A stretch of 64,000 bases of DNA from Bacteriovoracia bacterium. Its GTDB lineage: Bacteria > Bdellovibrionota > UBA1018 > CAIPTA01. The position numbers and the translations under genes were made by a program. The notes beneath the pieces were generated by a model. The model was given only the letters and a program-made list of their open reading frames with translations. It had not been told where the DNA came from and did not search any database. Numbering within the stretch: the first letter of the stretch is position 1; every line of letters starts with the position of its first letter. The stretch lies in the NCBI GenBank assembly GCA_050246755.1, contig JBFWVL010000001.1:1-64000 (forward strand). The letters run 5' to 3'. Positions 49,535-59,831 of this stretch are shown piece by piece.

Positions 49535-50773
49535 CTAATCGTTCATCGAGCGATAATTCAACAAGCTAATATCCCCCACCCGCCTCACTTCCACCTCGCC
49601 CAGATCCTTCTCGGCCTCTTCCACGCCCTGTGTATTCTCCAGCCTCAGCGTGGCGTGGTATTTCCCCGGCTTCACCTGCACACGGGCCACCTGAAAGTTT
49701 TTGGGCAGGGTAAGCCAGGAGCGAAGGTCGGGTTGGCTCGCTACCATCATCCCGATCTTAAACAGCGTGCCAAGCCCTGCCTGTTTTTCGTCGATTTTAT
49801 TTCCGATCACTTCGCGGGCCACTACCCCGCCAAGGCGTTTGGCGATAATCGCGGCATATTTCTGCCTTAAGTTTTCAAAGGCGGCGGCTTCCACGTCGTA
49901 GAGAATTTCGGTGCGGGCCACCTTCTTACCATCGAGATAAAGGTGCGCGGCTTGGTGGCGATTGAAGCGGCTACGGTATTCGGGGATTTCGTGCCAATGC
50001 GGAGAAACGATTTTTTCCGGCGCGAAACCGTTTTGGTAGAGCAGCACCACCGCGCCGGTTTGGCGCAGGGAAGTTGCGGCTTCTTTTACCTCGGCGTCGG
50101 TGACGCCTAAAGTTTTTTTCCACTTATGGAGATCCGAGCTGGAATCCATCTTCAGGGCACCGCGCACCAGGTCCATCTTCAGGGGAGAGAATTCCGGGTT
50201 CAGCTCTTTGGTTTTTTTGTAATCCACGTAAGCGAAGTTCCAGTTGCGTTGGCGCTCGAAGAGAAGCCCCGCCAAGTACTGGGCGAAACCGTTGAGGCGA
50301 TAATCACGCTTGCCTTCGTCGCGGAGCAATTCCAGTTTCCTATTCACGCGGCGACAAGCCACGATCGCGTCCTCGTCGCGCTGGAGGGCGGCGAAATCCA
50401 GAGCTAAATAAACCGAGATCAAAACGGTTTCGAATTCTTCTCCCTTATATTGGATGATCCGATCGTTGGTGAATACCGAGGCCACTTCGGTGCCAATAGC
50501 CGTATAGTCCTTGATCTCGGCGAGCTTATCGGCCGCCAGGAAATCCTTTAGGCTCTGCTCGTACTGCCCGGCGAGGTTGCGCACGGTTCCGCGATCAAAA
50601 AGATAGACGAGCTGATCCACGCCCTCTTTTTCGGCGCCCTCGTGGTAGACGTCTTCGGCTTTGGTGAAATCGCGGCGCTCGAAGGCCTCGAGCCCGCCGC
50701 GGGTATTGGAGGTATAGCTGGCGCAGCCGGAGAGAACCACTCCGAGCGCCAGCACTAGAGACCAAGGTCTCAT
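49535..50773 (-). CDS. COG3014-type lipoprotein
   Basis: LSGC lipobox; YKGEEFE, PDLRSWLTLP; next to lpoB. Confidence 0.75.
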   Translation of the reverse strand: MRPWSLVLALGVVLSGCASYTSNTRGGLEAFERRDFTKAEDVYHEGAEKEGVDQLVYLFDRGTVRNLAGQYEQSLKDFLAADKLAEIKDYTAIGTEVASVFTNDRIIQYKGEEFETVLISVYLALDFAALQRDEDAIVACRRVNRKLELLRDEGKRDYRLNGFAQYLAGLLFERQRNWNFAYVDYKKTKELNPEFSPLKMDLVRGALKMDSSSDLHKWKKTLGVTDAEVKEAATSLRQTGAVVLLYQNGFAPEKIVSPHWHEIPEYRSRFNRHQAAHLYLDGKKVARTEILYDVEAAAFENLRQKYAAIIAKRLGGVVAREVIGNKIDEKQAGLGTLFKIGMMVASQPDLRSWLTLPKNFQVARVQVKPGKYHATLRLENTQGVEEAEKDLGEVEVRRVGDISLLNYRSMND

Positions 50774-50782
50774 ACGAACCTC

Positions 50783-51382
50783 TTAGAAGAGACCCACGGA
50801 TTTCTTCTTATACTTTTTGCGCACTTCTTTTTCTTCGGTGCAGTCGATGGTGGAAGTCTCGGTATTGGTGAGGTTCATCGTGAGCTTGTAGTAGATGAGC
50901 TTATCGCTACCCACTTGCTGCACGTTGGTCGCCAGCGCGCCGGTGAGGAGATAGTCCACGCCCACTTGCTTGCCCTTCTTGATCGCCGAATCTTTGGCCA
51001 CGCGGCCGGATTCTCCGTAGGCGGTTTCGTCGTCGATTTCCGCGCGCGACCCGCGGTCCACGAATTTCACCTTGCGGCTCTTCGTGAGCTGAGTGCGGAT
51101 CATCTCGGTGAGGGAATCTAGGTCGGGGTATTCTTCCGTGCGGTTAGCTACCTTCGAAACCGCAATCTTGGGGCGTCCCTTTGATTCCATGATCTCGGGG
51201 CACTCGAGAATGGCTTTCACCACCGTCTCGGCCATTTGCTGCATGTCGGCCTCGTTGAATTTGTCATCGAGGAGCTCTACGCGATTAGGATCATCATAGT
51301 CACCTTTAGTGAAGGCTTTGGGGCCGCAGCCCTGCAACGCAAATGCCGCCAACGCAGACGAGACAATCAAAAAACGCTTCAT
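50783..51382 (-). CDS. lpoB: penicillin-binding protein activator LpoB-like lipoprotein
   Basis: LQGC lipobox; VANRTEE, VKFVDR, YYKLTMNL. Confidence 0.75.
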   Translation of the reverse strand: MKRFLIVSSALAAFALQGCGPKAFTKGDYDDPNRVELLDDKFNEADMQQMAETVVKAILECPEIMESKGRPKIAVSKVANRTEEYPDLDSLTEMIRTQLTKSRKVKFVDRGSRAEIDDETAYGESGRVAKDSAIKKGKQVGVDYLLTGALATNVQQVGSDKLIYYKLTMNLTNTETSTIDCTEEKEVRKKYKKKSVGLF

Positions 51383-51528
51383 AAGAAATCTCCTTGGATA
51401 TGTCTCTATGGTACGGCGACTTAGCCGCCTTGCTCAAGCGGGAGCAACGAGATGGGAGGAAATTCCAACGACTTACCGCACAAGGCGTGCGATGCCCGGC
51501 ACAGGACGTATCCCGTACCGGTTAGGGA

Positions 51529-52965
51529 TTAGGTACGGTCGCCTTTATGCTTGAAAGTCCAGCGGATCGGATTGCCGCGGAAACCGTATTTTTCCCGGAC
51601 TACGCGCTTCAGGTAACGACGCAGGGCTTCGGGTACCTTATTCGCATCACGCACGAAGGCGAGAAACTGCGGTGGACGGTTCCCCACTTGGTGCACTTGG
51701 CGGAATTCACCGATGCTATTGCTCCATTTGGGGCCCACATCCAAGGCCTCACTCACGAGCTCCTTTAAATCCTTGGCGTCCACTTTCAGCTCGCGCTGCT
51801 CCACGAGTTCGATGCCGAAACTCCAGAGGCCGTCGATCGTGCGAGGAAGATTCCAGCTAATTTCGGAGTCGGCCGCATCGGTGCCGGCGGCGGCCCCGTA
51901 GAGCTTGCCCTTTTCGGCGGAGATCGCCACGAGCGGAGCGAAATCCAGGAAGGGCCAGTCTTTCTCGATGAGCTCCCGGAATTTTTTTACGCCCTCTTCT
52001 GAATCGGATTTGATTGCGTGGGGCGCCATATCCCACTTGTTCGCGATCACGATCACGGTGCAGCCCGACTCTTCCACGAGCGCGGCGATGCGGGAATCCT
52101 GGCTGGTGATGCCGTCGCTGGCATCGATCATCAGGAAGCAAAGATCGGCCTGATTGAGCACCCGCTGCGCATACATCACGGCGAGGTCTTCCACGTCGTC
52201 TTTGCGCTTGGCTCCGCGGCGGATCCCGGCGGTATCCACCAAAACGATTTTTTTGCCTTCGCGCTCCACCACTACGTCCACGGGATCCGTGGTGGTTCCC
52301 GGCATGGCGCTCGCCACCGAACGCTCTTCGCCCACCAGGTGATTGAGGAAGGTGCTTTTGCCCGCGTTGGGCCGGCCCACGATGCACACGCGGAGCATGC
52401 CTTCGGTGGACTCGGCCGCGGCGTCTTCCTCGGGCAAGAAGCGATTGATCTTCATCCAGAAATCGTGGATGCCCCATTTATGCTCGGCACTCACGGCCAA
52501 CACGTCGTCGGCGCCAAGCTCGTAGAAATCGCCGATCATGTAGGTATTTTTGTCTTCGTCGGATTTATTAGCGGCGATCACAAAGGGCACGCCGAGCTTG
52601 CGGATATAGTTCACGAGGTCGCGATCAAGGTCCGTGAGGCCGATCCGTACGTCCATCACGAGCACGATCACGGCACTTTCTTCGAGCGCCTTCAGCACTT
52701 GTTTCTCGATATTGCCGAGGAGCTCTTGGTCTTCGCGGCCTTTGCGCCAGTTGGCGGGCATCCAGCCGCCGGTATCGCAAATACGCACGTTACGATTATT
52801 GAGAATATCTACGGTCACGTTGCCGAACCGGCGGTCACGAGTAACGCCCTCGAAATCCATTACGATGGCTTGCTTGCGGCCGAGAAGCGCGTTGAAGAGC
52901 GTGCTCTTGCCCACGTTCGGGCGGCCCACCAGCGAGATCATGGTTTTCTTCTTCGTTTCCATCAT
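51529..52965 (-). CDS. der: ribosome biogenesis GTPase Der
   Basis: Two G domains (GRPNVGKS, GVTRD; GRPNAGKS, DTAG, NKWD); ATGA overlap with era. Confidence 0.93.
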   Translation of the reverse strand: MMETKKKTMISLVGRPNVGKSTLFNALLGRKQAIVMDFEGVTRDRRFGNVTVDILNNRNVRICDTGGWMPANWRKGREDQELLGNIEKQVLKALEESAVIVLVMDVRIGLTDLDRDLVNYIRKLGVPFVIAANKSDEDKNTYMIGDFYELGADDVLAVSAEHKWGIHDFWMKINRFLPEEDAAAESTEGMLRVCIVGRPNAGKSTFLNHLVGEERSVASAMPGTTTDPVDVVVEREGKKIVLVDTAGIRRGAKRKDDVEDLAVMYAQRVLNQADLCFLMIDASDGITSQDSRIAALVEESGCTVIVIANKWDMAPHAIKSDSEEGVKKFRELIEKDWPFLDFAPLVAISAEKGKLYGAAAGTDAADSEISWNLPRTIDGLWSFGIELVEQRELKVDAKDLKELVSEALDVGPKWSNSIGEFRQVHQVGNRPPQFLAFVRDANKVPEALRRYLKRVVREKYGFRGNPIRWTFKHKGDRT

Positions 52966-53924
52966 TGCCCTTCGGGAAGAATATAGCCCAGGCGTTTCAG
53001 CTCGGCGGCGTTCTTCGTCCACTTTGGAGTAACCTTCACGAAAAGGCGAAGTACCACTTTTTGTCCCAGAAATTTTTCAATCGTGCCGCGGGCGCTCTGG
53101 CCGATCTCTTTGATCTTGGCCCCGCCTTTACCGATCACCATCGGCTTTTGCGAATCGCGCTCCACGTGGATCGAAGCGGAAATTTCCGGATACTTGCGCG
53201 ATTCCGTGGGTTCGTCGTATTTTTCGATCTCGACCGCGCAGGAGTACGGAAGCTCTTCGCCGAGCAGGTAAAAAATAGATTCCTGGATCAGCTCGCCCAC
53301 GATCGAGCGCATGCTCTGGTCGGTGATCTCGTCTTCGGGAAAAAGCGCGGGGCCTTTGGGAATTTTTTCCTTCAGCGCCGCCACGAAAACTTCGAGGCCC
53401 TCGCCGTTTTTGGCCGATACGGGAAAAATTCCGGTCACGGGCAAACCCTGGAGACTCTCGGTGAGCTGGGACTGCCCGCCGAAATTCGCCTTGCCGGTTT
53501 CCCAGATATCCATTTTGTTGAGCAGCACGAAGAGCGGACGCGGCTTACGCACCAATGCCTCTTTTAGGCTCTGGAGCAGGAAGTATTCGTCGCTCTCGGG
53601 ATTCTCGGGCTGGAACGGGCGCGCGCCGTCGATGATGTAGACGGCCACGTCCACGCCCTGAAGGGAATCGAGCGCTTCCGACACGCAGAACTCGTTCAGC
53701 TTTTTACCTTCGGGGGCACGGTGCAGCCCGGGGGTGTCCACCAGGATGATCTGGGAGTCTTCGTCGGTGCGGATGCCGCGGAAGCGCTTCCGGGTGGTCT
53801 GGGCTTTGGGAGAAACGGCGGCGATCTTTTCGCCGATCAGGGAATTGAGTAACGTGCTCTTGCCCACGTTGGGCCGGCCAATCAGGGCCACGAAGCCGCA
53901 GCGGAAATCGTTAAGTAAGCTCAT
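52962..53924 (-). CDS. era: GTPase Era
   Basis: GRPNVGKSTL, QTTR, DTPG, EELPY, VIGKGG KH domain. Confidence 0.95.
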   Translation of the reverse strand: MSLLNDFRCGFVALIGRPNVGKSTLLNSLIGEKIAAVSPKAQTTRKRFRGIRTDEDSQIILVDTPGLHRAPEGKKLNEFCVSEALDSLQGVDVAVYIIDGARPFQPENPESDEYFLLQSLKEALVRKPRPLFVLLNKMDIWETGKANFGGQSQLTESLQGLPVTGIFPVSAKNGEGLEVFVAALKEKIPKGPALFPEDEITDQSMRSIVGELIQESIFYLLGEELPYSCAVEIEKYDEPTESRKYPEISASIHVERDSQKPMVIGKGGAKIKEIGQSARGTIEKFLGQKVVLRLFVKVTPKWTKNAAELKRLGYILPEGQ

Positions 53925-54645
53925 GGCGGCTCGCTTCTTCGCTGGCGCCGCGCAAAGCCTCGAGTAAAAATCTCGCGGCGTTCTGTTCGGCTTCTTTTTT
54001 ATTGCGGCCTTTTCCGTAGCGCTGCAAATCCTCGATGCTCACCATCACCTCGAACATTTTTTCGTGGTCGGGGCCGAGCTCGGAAACTACTTGGTAGGTA
54101 GGCGAGCGGCGGAAACGGGCCTGGCAAAGCTCCTGTAGCTGAGTTTTCGTGTCGCTAAGGCGGCTGAGCATCGCCACTTCCTCGAGGAGCGTGGCAAAAT
54201 GCAGGCGCACGGTTTGGAATACGGCGGCGAGCCCGCCGTCGAGGTAAATCGCGCCGAGCACGGCTTCGTAGCCCGAGGAAAGAATCGAGTCTTTCGCGCG
54301 GCCCTGAGTGCTTTCTTCCCCTTTGCCGAGCATAATATATTCGCCGAGACCGATCTCGCGGGCCACCTGGGCGAGCGTTTCTTCCTTTACGAGGAGGGAG
54401 CGCATTTTTGAGAGGCGGCCTTCATCTACCTGAGGAAATTTTTCCGAAAGAAAATCCGACATCACGAGCCCGAGCACGGCGTCGCCCAGAAATTCTAAAC
54501 GTTCGTTATGGAGAGAGACGAAATCCTCTTTGGAAATGCCCTGGCGGCGGGCTTCATTGGCGTGCGACTTATGGCGCAAAGCGAGGCCCAAGATCTCCGG
54601 ATCTTTGAATTGGTAGGCGAGTTTTGTTTCGAGCTCGGCGGACAA
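53911..54645 (-). CDS. rnc: ribonuclease III
   Basis: NERLEFLGDAVL signature; C-terminal dsRBD. Confidence 0.96.
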   Translation of the reverse strand: MSAELETKLAYQFKDPEILGLALRHKSHANEARRQGISKEDFVSLHNERLEFLGDAVLGLVMSDFLSEKFPQVDEGRLSKMRSLLVKEETLAQVAREIGLGEYIMLGKGEESTQGRAKDSILSSGYEAVLGAIYLDGGLAAVFQTVRLHFATLLEEVAMLSRLSDTKTQLQELCQARFRRSPTYQVVSELGPDHEKMFEVMVSIEDLQRYGKGRNKKEAEQNAARFLLEALRGASEEASRHELT

Positions 54646-54880
54646 ATATACCTCGGTGCGTTACTGCTAAAGGCTTGTACTATAGGGGAATTTTTTAATC
54701 AACTAATGAATTCAACTACTTCCGCTAGGCCTGTCTCGGCAGGGAAACAGGGTATCGAAGAGGGTCACCTGAAATCAGGGCTTTAGCGCCCCTCATTAGG
54801 AACAACTTAAAAATAGCCCGTAGTATTAGCGACTTAGGAATTGGGCCCTACCCTGCAATTACCCCTGCAGGAGATACGAT

Positions 54881-55015
54881 ATGAAACTCTACTTTTTGAT
54901 GATCCTTACGCTGCTAGTGATCGGACTGAAAATCGGTTCCGATGCCACCGCGAAAGTGGAAAAAATCCAGGCGCATCGCCAGGCGGTGTTTGCGCAAGTG
55001 TTTATGGGCGACTAA
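54881..55015 (+). CDS. small membrane/secreted protein (44 aa)
   Basis: GGAG RBS; MKLYFLMILTLLVIGLKIGSDATAKVEKIQAHRQAVFAQVFMGD*. Confidence 0.5.
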   Translation: MKLYFLMILTLLVIGLKIGSDATAKVEKIQAHRQAVFAQVFMGD

Positions 55016-55017
55016 AG

Positions 55018-55163
55018 CTGGTCTACTTAATTGTTGTTAGAGGCCTCTAACGATAGGTAGATATTCAAGAATTTCCAAAAACGGTTTCGGATTTATACCA
55101 CGCCGTGAGAAGTGGGCGGATCCACGTGGAAATCTCCCCAAAAACAACAATTAAGTAGGCCAG
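55018..55163. mobile_element. MITE copy 3 (146 bp)
   Basis: TIR CTGGTCTACTTAATTGTTG / CAACAATTAAGTAGGCCAG; colinear with copies 1 and 2 but more diverged internally. Confidence 0.85.
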
Positions 55164-55502
55164 CTAGAGATCGGCCAGAATTCCCATGCGCTTCACTTCC
55201 CGCTCCATGCGCCCCGCACACATGAGGGCAAACATCTGAAGATCGGCGAGTAAGCTCCACACGGGATAACGAAACGTGGCGGGATGATTTTTCTCCACGT
55301 AGAAATGCCCAAGCCAGGCCAGGCCGTAGCCCGTGACCGGAGCGGCCACCAGGAACCACGGGGAAGCCGTCGCGGCGAGGAACAGCCAAAGAAACGTTAA
55401 GCTGGTGCCGAGGAAATGCAGGCGGCGATTCAGGCGGCTGCGGTGCTCATTCACGTAGTAATGCCAGAACGCCTTGTACGTGGAGATGTCCCGATTCGTC
55501 AT
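55164..55502 (-). CDS. DUF962 (Mpo1-like) membrane protein
   Basis: FWHYYVNEH...RRLHFLGT...AWLGHFYVEKNHPATFRYP; start 55502 overlaps the upstream stop. Confidence 0.85.
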   Translation of the reverse strand: MTNRDISTYKAFWHYYVNEHRSRLNRRLHFLGTSLTFLWLFLAATASPWFLVAAPVTGYGLAWLGHFYVEKNHPATFRYPVWSLLADLQMFALMCAGRMEREVKRMGILADL

Positions 55503-56065
55503 GTTCCCTCCCTCCGCGATAGATGCGCGCTGCCCTTCCGGTAAAAACGCAAAGGCCAACCCGCCGCCTCTCCCGCATAGTCTACACCAATACGCGGGCC
55601 GGCCCCAATCTCTTCCGCCGCGGGAGCCTGGCCGGCATCTTCAATAAAGATTGTTTCACCGCGAAGGCTTTCCCCGTCGAGCGCCTTGGTGATGCGGAGG
55701 GCTTGGCAGAGCTTGGCCGGACCGTTCGTTTTCTCCAGGATATTTTCGGGCTCGAGGGCCCGGATCAGCACGGCCTCCGGCTCATCCACTCCTTTGGCCA
55801 CCACGTTAAAACAGTAGTGCATGCCGTACACGAAGTAGACATAGGCGTGGCCGCCCTCGAGGTACATCGACTGATTGCGCGCAGTGCGGCGCCCACCGAA
55901 GGTATGGGCCGCTTGGTCTTTGGCGCCGAGGTAGGCCTCGGTTTCCACGATGATGCCGGAGCGCCGTTTGCCCCGCCAAACGCGCACGAGTCGCATGCCG
56001 ATCAGCGCTTTCGCCAGCGGAACGGTCTCCTGGAGGTAGAATTTTTGGGGAAGCTTTTTTGCCAC
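55499..56065 (-). CDS. DNA-3-methyladenine glycosylase (MPG/AAG family)
   Basis: IVETEAY, YVYFVYGMHYCFN, AVLIRALEP, GPAKLCQAL, PRIG. Confidence 0.92.
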   Translation of the reverse strand: MAKKLPQKFYLQETVPLAKALIGMRLVRVWRGKRRSGIIVETEAYLGAKDQAAHTFGGRRTARNQSMYLEGGHAYVYFVYGMHYCFNVVAKGVDEPEAVLIRALEPENILEKTNGPAKLCQALRITKALDGESLRGETIFIEDAGQAPAAEEIGAGPRIGVDYAGEAAGWPLRFYRKGSAHLSRREGT

Positions 56066-56069
56066 CGCG

Positions 56070-56546
56070 CTAGAGGTTCGGGCAGTTTACGCGCTGGCAC
56101 CAGCCGTAGAGCTCGAGCTTATGGTCTTTCAGAGCGAAGCCGAGGCTTTCCGCCACGCGATTCTGCTGCTCTTCGATGGCTTCGTTTTCAAATTCAAAAA
56201 TCTTGCGGCAGCGCATGCAGATCAGGTGATCGTGGTGATGCCCGGCCTGGTGCAATTCGTATACGGAAGTGCGGTCGAGAAAGCGACGCTCCACGGCCAG
56301 GCCCGCCTCCACCAAGCTCGAAATAGTGCGGTACACGGAGGCCAAGCCCACGCCGGTGGCCTTCTTCTTCACGATCCGGAAAAGCTCTTCGGCCGAAAGG
56401 TGGCCACCCGCCCGCACGAACTCCGAAATGATCACTTTACGCTGGTTGGTGAACTTAAGGCTGTGCTGGGCCAAATAAGCCCGGTACGTCTCCATCAGGA
56501 CGTCGAGGTCGGGAGAATTTCCCTTCAGCTTGGCACGTTTGCTCAT
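56070..56546 (-). CDS. fur: Fur family transcriptional regulator
   Basis: HLSAEEL, GLASVYRT, HHHDHLICMRC, C-terminal CxxxxC; probable start 56546. Confidence 0.88.
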   Translation of the reverse strand: MSKRAKLKGNSPDLDVLMETYRAYLAQHSLKFTNQRKVIISEFVRAGGHLSAEELFRIVKKKATGVGLASVYRTISSLVEAGLAVERRFLDRTSVYELHQAGHHHDHLICMRCRKIFEFENEAIEEQQNRVAESLGFALKDHKLELYGWCQRVNCPNL

Positions 56547-56591
56547 GGGCCAGGCATACCAGAATTTGCCGATTTTTGATATGATCGCGCC
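56547..56591. promoter_or_regulatory. back-to-back extended -10 promoters for fur and ileS (leaderless)
   Basis: TGaTATGAT-6nt-ATG (ileS) and TGgTATGCC-6nt-ATG (fur) within a 45-bp gap; no SD. Confidence 0.55.
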
Positions 56592-59500
56592 ATGCAAAAG
56601 GCCAATGAAAGATTCTTTCCCGAGTTCGGCACCGACTATCGCTTCCCCGCCTTCGAGGAGGCGGTACTGGCCTACTGGAAAAACCAGAAGATTTTCGACC
56701 GTGTGCTAAGCACCAAGGACAAAAGAAAATGGTTCGGTTTCTACGACGGACCTCCTTTTGCCACCGGCTTGCCGCACTACGGGCACTTACTCGCCGGCAC
56801 GATCAAAGACATGGTGCCTCGCTATTGGACGATGCGGGGCTACCACGTGGAACGCCGCTTCGGCTGGGATTGCCATGGCCTGCCGGTGGAATTCGAGATG
56901 GAAAAAACGCTGAACCTCAGCGGCTCCCTCGCGATCCGTGCCTACGGCGTAGATAAATTCAACGAAGCCTGCCGCGGAATCGTTCTGCGCTATACCGCCG
57001 ACTGGCGCAAAACCGTGGAACGCATGGGCCGCTGGGCCGACATGGACAATGACTATAAAACCATGAGCCCGGAATTCATGGAGAGCGTCTGGTGGGTATT
57101 CCAGGAGCTCTGGAAAAAAGGATTAATCTATCAGGGAAAAAAAGTGGTGCCTTATTCCTGGCGCCTCACCGCCCCCCTTTCCAATTTCGAGGCCTCGCAA
57201 AATTACAAGAGCGTGCAGGATCCCGCGATCACCGTGCTCTTTCCGCTCGACGAAAATCCCGAAGAGGCACTCGTGGCGTGGACCACCACTCCCTGGACCT
57301 TACCGGCGAACCTGGCGCTCGCCGTGCACAATGATTTTACGTACGTAAAATTCCCCCTGCTCCAGCCCCAGGGCAAAGTGAAATACGCGTGGGTATTGCG
57401 CGAGCGCGCCGGCGATTTCGCCAAAGAACTCGACGTGACCAAGGAAGAGGACGAAAAGCGGGGCCACGATCTTCTAGGAAAAACCTACCAGCCCTTATTT
57501 CCTTTTTATGCCGACCATAAAAAAGCCGGCGCATTCCGCGTGATCCAGGGCGATTTCGTTTCCTCCACCGACGGTACCGGCGTGGTGCACATGGCGCCCG
57601 CATTCGGCGAGGACGACTTCTACGCTTGCCAGCGCGAGAAGATCGAGCTCGTGGATCCCACGAACCTCGAGGGAAATTATACCCGCGAGGTGAACGCGGG
57701 CACCATCCACCTCGAAGGCAAGCACGTGAAGGATCCGGCCACCGATAAAGAAATCATCAAGCTGCTTAAGGACGCCGGCCGCCTGCTCAAGCAAGACACG
57801 CTCCAGCACAATTATCCTTTCTGCGAGCGCTCCGATACTCCCCTCATCTACAAGGCGATCTCTTCCTGGTTCGTGGCGGTGGAAAAAGTAAAGGACCGGA
57901 TGCAGGAGCATAACCGCGACATCCATTGGGTGCCCGGGCATATCCGCGACGGACGCTTCGGCAAATGGCTCGAAAACGCGCGCGACTGGTGCATCTCCCG
58001 CAACCGATTTTGGGGAACGCCGATCCCCGTGTGGACCTGCGGGCACTGCCATCATCAGCACGTGGTGGGATCGCGCAAGGAATTAGACGCCCTGGCCGGA
58101 AAAGAAATGCCCGACCTCCACTCCCACTTCGTGGATAAGGTTGTGGCCGACTGCCCGAAATGCAAAACCAAAGACGGGCTGAAACGCACGCCGGAAGTTT
58201 TGGACTGCTGGTTCGAGTCGGGCTCGATGCCCTACGCGCAAGTGCATTACCCTTTCGAGAACGAAGCGAGCTTCAAGCAGCAGTTTCCCGCCGATTTCAT
58301 CGCCGAAGGCCTCGACCAGACTCGGGGCTGGTTCTATACCCTTACGGTTCTCTCCACCGCGCTCTTCGATAAGCCCGCGTTCAAAAACTGCGTGGTGAAC
58401 GGAATGGTTCTGGCCGAAGACGGAAAGAAAATGTCGAAGCGCCTGAAGAATTATCCGGATCCGATGGATATTCTCCACAAATACGGCGCAGACGCGCTCC
58501 GCCTCTACCTCATGCAGTCGCCCGCGGTACACGGCGAGGAGCTCCGGTTTTCGGAGCGCTTCCTCGTGGAAAACATGCGCGCCGTTCTGCTTCCTCTCTG
58601 GAACGCCTACCAATTCTTCGCGGGCTACGCCAATATCGACGGTTTCAATCCCGGGCACTGGAAAAGTGCTCCGCCCGTGAGTGAGCGCCCGCGCATCGAC
58701 CAATGGATCTTGGCCCTCCTAAAAGAAACCGAGATCGCGGTCCACAAAGAGATGGAAGCCTACCAGCTGGCCAACGTCTTCCCCCATATCTCGCGCTTCC
58801 TCGATAATCTCACGAACTGGTATATCCGACTCAACCGCGCGCGCTACTGGGAAGCCAAGGGCGAGAGCTTTTCGGCCGACAAGCTCTCGGCGTATAGCAC
58901 CGTGTTCGAAATTCTCGACCGCTTCGGGCTTCTGCTCGCACCGTACCTACCCTACTTCGCCGAGTACCTGCACGCGTCCATTCACTACGGCGTATCGCCG
59001 GATAAACTCGTGGGACATAAAGACCTGCCGAGCGTGCACGAGCGCATCTATACTCTTCCGGCGGCCCTCAGCGCCGAAGACCGCGCCCTGATCGCCGAGA
59101 TGGCGGTGGCGCAGCGAACGATTCTGCTGGGCCGCTCGCTGCGCGCCGAGGCCAAAATCGGATTGCGACAGCCGTTGCAGAAGATGAGCCTCGCCGGCTT
59201 GAGCACGGAAGAAATAAAGCACCTGCGCAGCCAGCAAGACCGCGTGCTCTCGGAGCTGAACTTAAAAGAATTGGCTTTCCTCGTTGATGGCACCGCGCTG
59301 GTGGTGGAGAGCGTGAAGCCGAACCTGAAGCGCCTCGGAGCAAAACTCGGCAAGAGAATGCCCGAAGTGACAAATGCCCTAAAAAGCTGGGGCAGCCGGG
59401 AAATCCGGGAATTCGAAAAAACCGGATCCGTCACGATCGCCGGCGCCGAACTCACGCAGGAAGATTTACTGATCGAGCGTAAAGCCGCGGCCGGAAAATG

Positions 59501-59831
59501 CGCGGGCGCGCTGGAAGGCCTAGTGGCCGAGCTGGACACCGCGCTTACGCCCGAGCTGAAGCGAGAGGGCTTGGGGCGCGAGCTGATCAACCGCGTGCAG
59601 CAGCGGCGTAAAGAAATGAAATTCAGCCTCACGGACCGTATCCACGTGCAGTACGCCGCGGGCGGGCTCTGCGCCGAGATTTTGTCGGCGGAGGAGAAGA
59701 AAGCCACGGCCCTCAGCCAGGAAACCCTCGCCACGAAATGGCAGGCCGTAGCGGCGGGCGATCTCGGGGCACAGGAAAAATTCGAAGACCACGGCGATTC
59801 CTGGGTGGCGTTTCGGCTCGAGAAGCAATGA
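56592..59831 (+). CDS. ileS: isoleucine--tRNA ligase (type 2)
   Basis: DGPPFATGLPHYGH, GWDCHGLP, WCISRNRFWG, KMSKR; long C-terminus with no Zn finger. Confidence 0.96.
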   Translation: MQKANERFFPEFGTDYRFPAFEEAVLAYWKNQKIFDRVLSTKDKRKWFGFYDGPPFATGLPHYGHLLAGTIKDMVPRYWTMRGYHVERRFGWDCHGLPVEFEMEKTLNLSGSLAIRAYGVDKFNEACRGIVLRYTADWRKTVERMGRWADMDNDYKTMSPEFMESVWWVFQELWKKGLIYQGKKVVPYSWRLTAPLSNFEASQNYKSVQDPAITVLFPLDENPEEALVAWTTTPWTLPANLALAVHNDFTYVKFPLLQPQGKVKYAWVLRERAGDFAKELDVTKEEDEKRGHDLLGKTYQPLFPFYADHKKAGAFRVIQGDFVSSTDGTGVVHMAPAFGEDDFYACQREKIELVDPTNLEGNYTREVNAGTIHLEGKHVKDPATDKEIIKLLKDAGRLLKQDTLQHNYPFCERSDTPLIYKAISSWFVAVEKVKDRMQEHNRDIHWVPGHIRDGRFGKWLENARDWCISRNRFWGTPIPVWTCGHCHHQHVVGSRKELDALAGKEMPDLHSHFVDKVVADCPKCKTKDGLKRTPEVLDCWFESGSMPYAQVHYPFENEASFKQQFPADFIAEGLDQTRGWFYTLTVLSTALFDKPAFKNCVVNGMVLAEDGKKMSKRLKNYPDPMDILHKYGADALRLYLMQSPAVHGEELRFSERFLVENMRAVLLPLWNAYQFFAGYANIDGFNPGHWKSAPPVSERPRIDQWILALLKETEIAVHKEMEAYQLANVFPHISRFLDNLTNWYIRLNRARYWEAKGESFSADKLSAYSTVFEILDRFGLLLAPYLPYFAEYLHASIHYGVSPDKLVGHKDLPSVHERIYTLPAALSAEDRALIAEMAVAQRTILLGRSLRAEAKIGLRQPLQKMSLAGLSTEEIKHLRSQQDRVLSELNLKELAFLVDGTALVVESVKPNLKRLGAKLGKRMPEVTNALKSWGSREIREFEKTGSVTIAGAELTQEDLLIERKAAAGKCAGALEGLVAELDTALTPELKREGLGRELINRVQQRRKEMKFSLTDRIHVQYAAGGLCAEILSAEEKKATALSQETLATKWQAVAAGDLGAQEKFEDHGDSWVAFRLEKQ

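Noticed and set aside
51529-54645. rnc-era-der order without recO
   Set aside because: A plausible ordinary arrangement of ribosome-biogenesis genes; not evidence of novelty.
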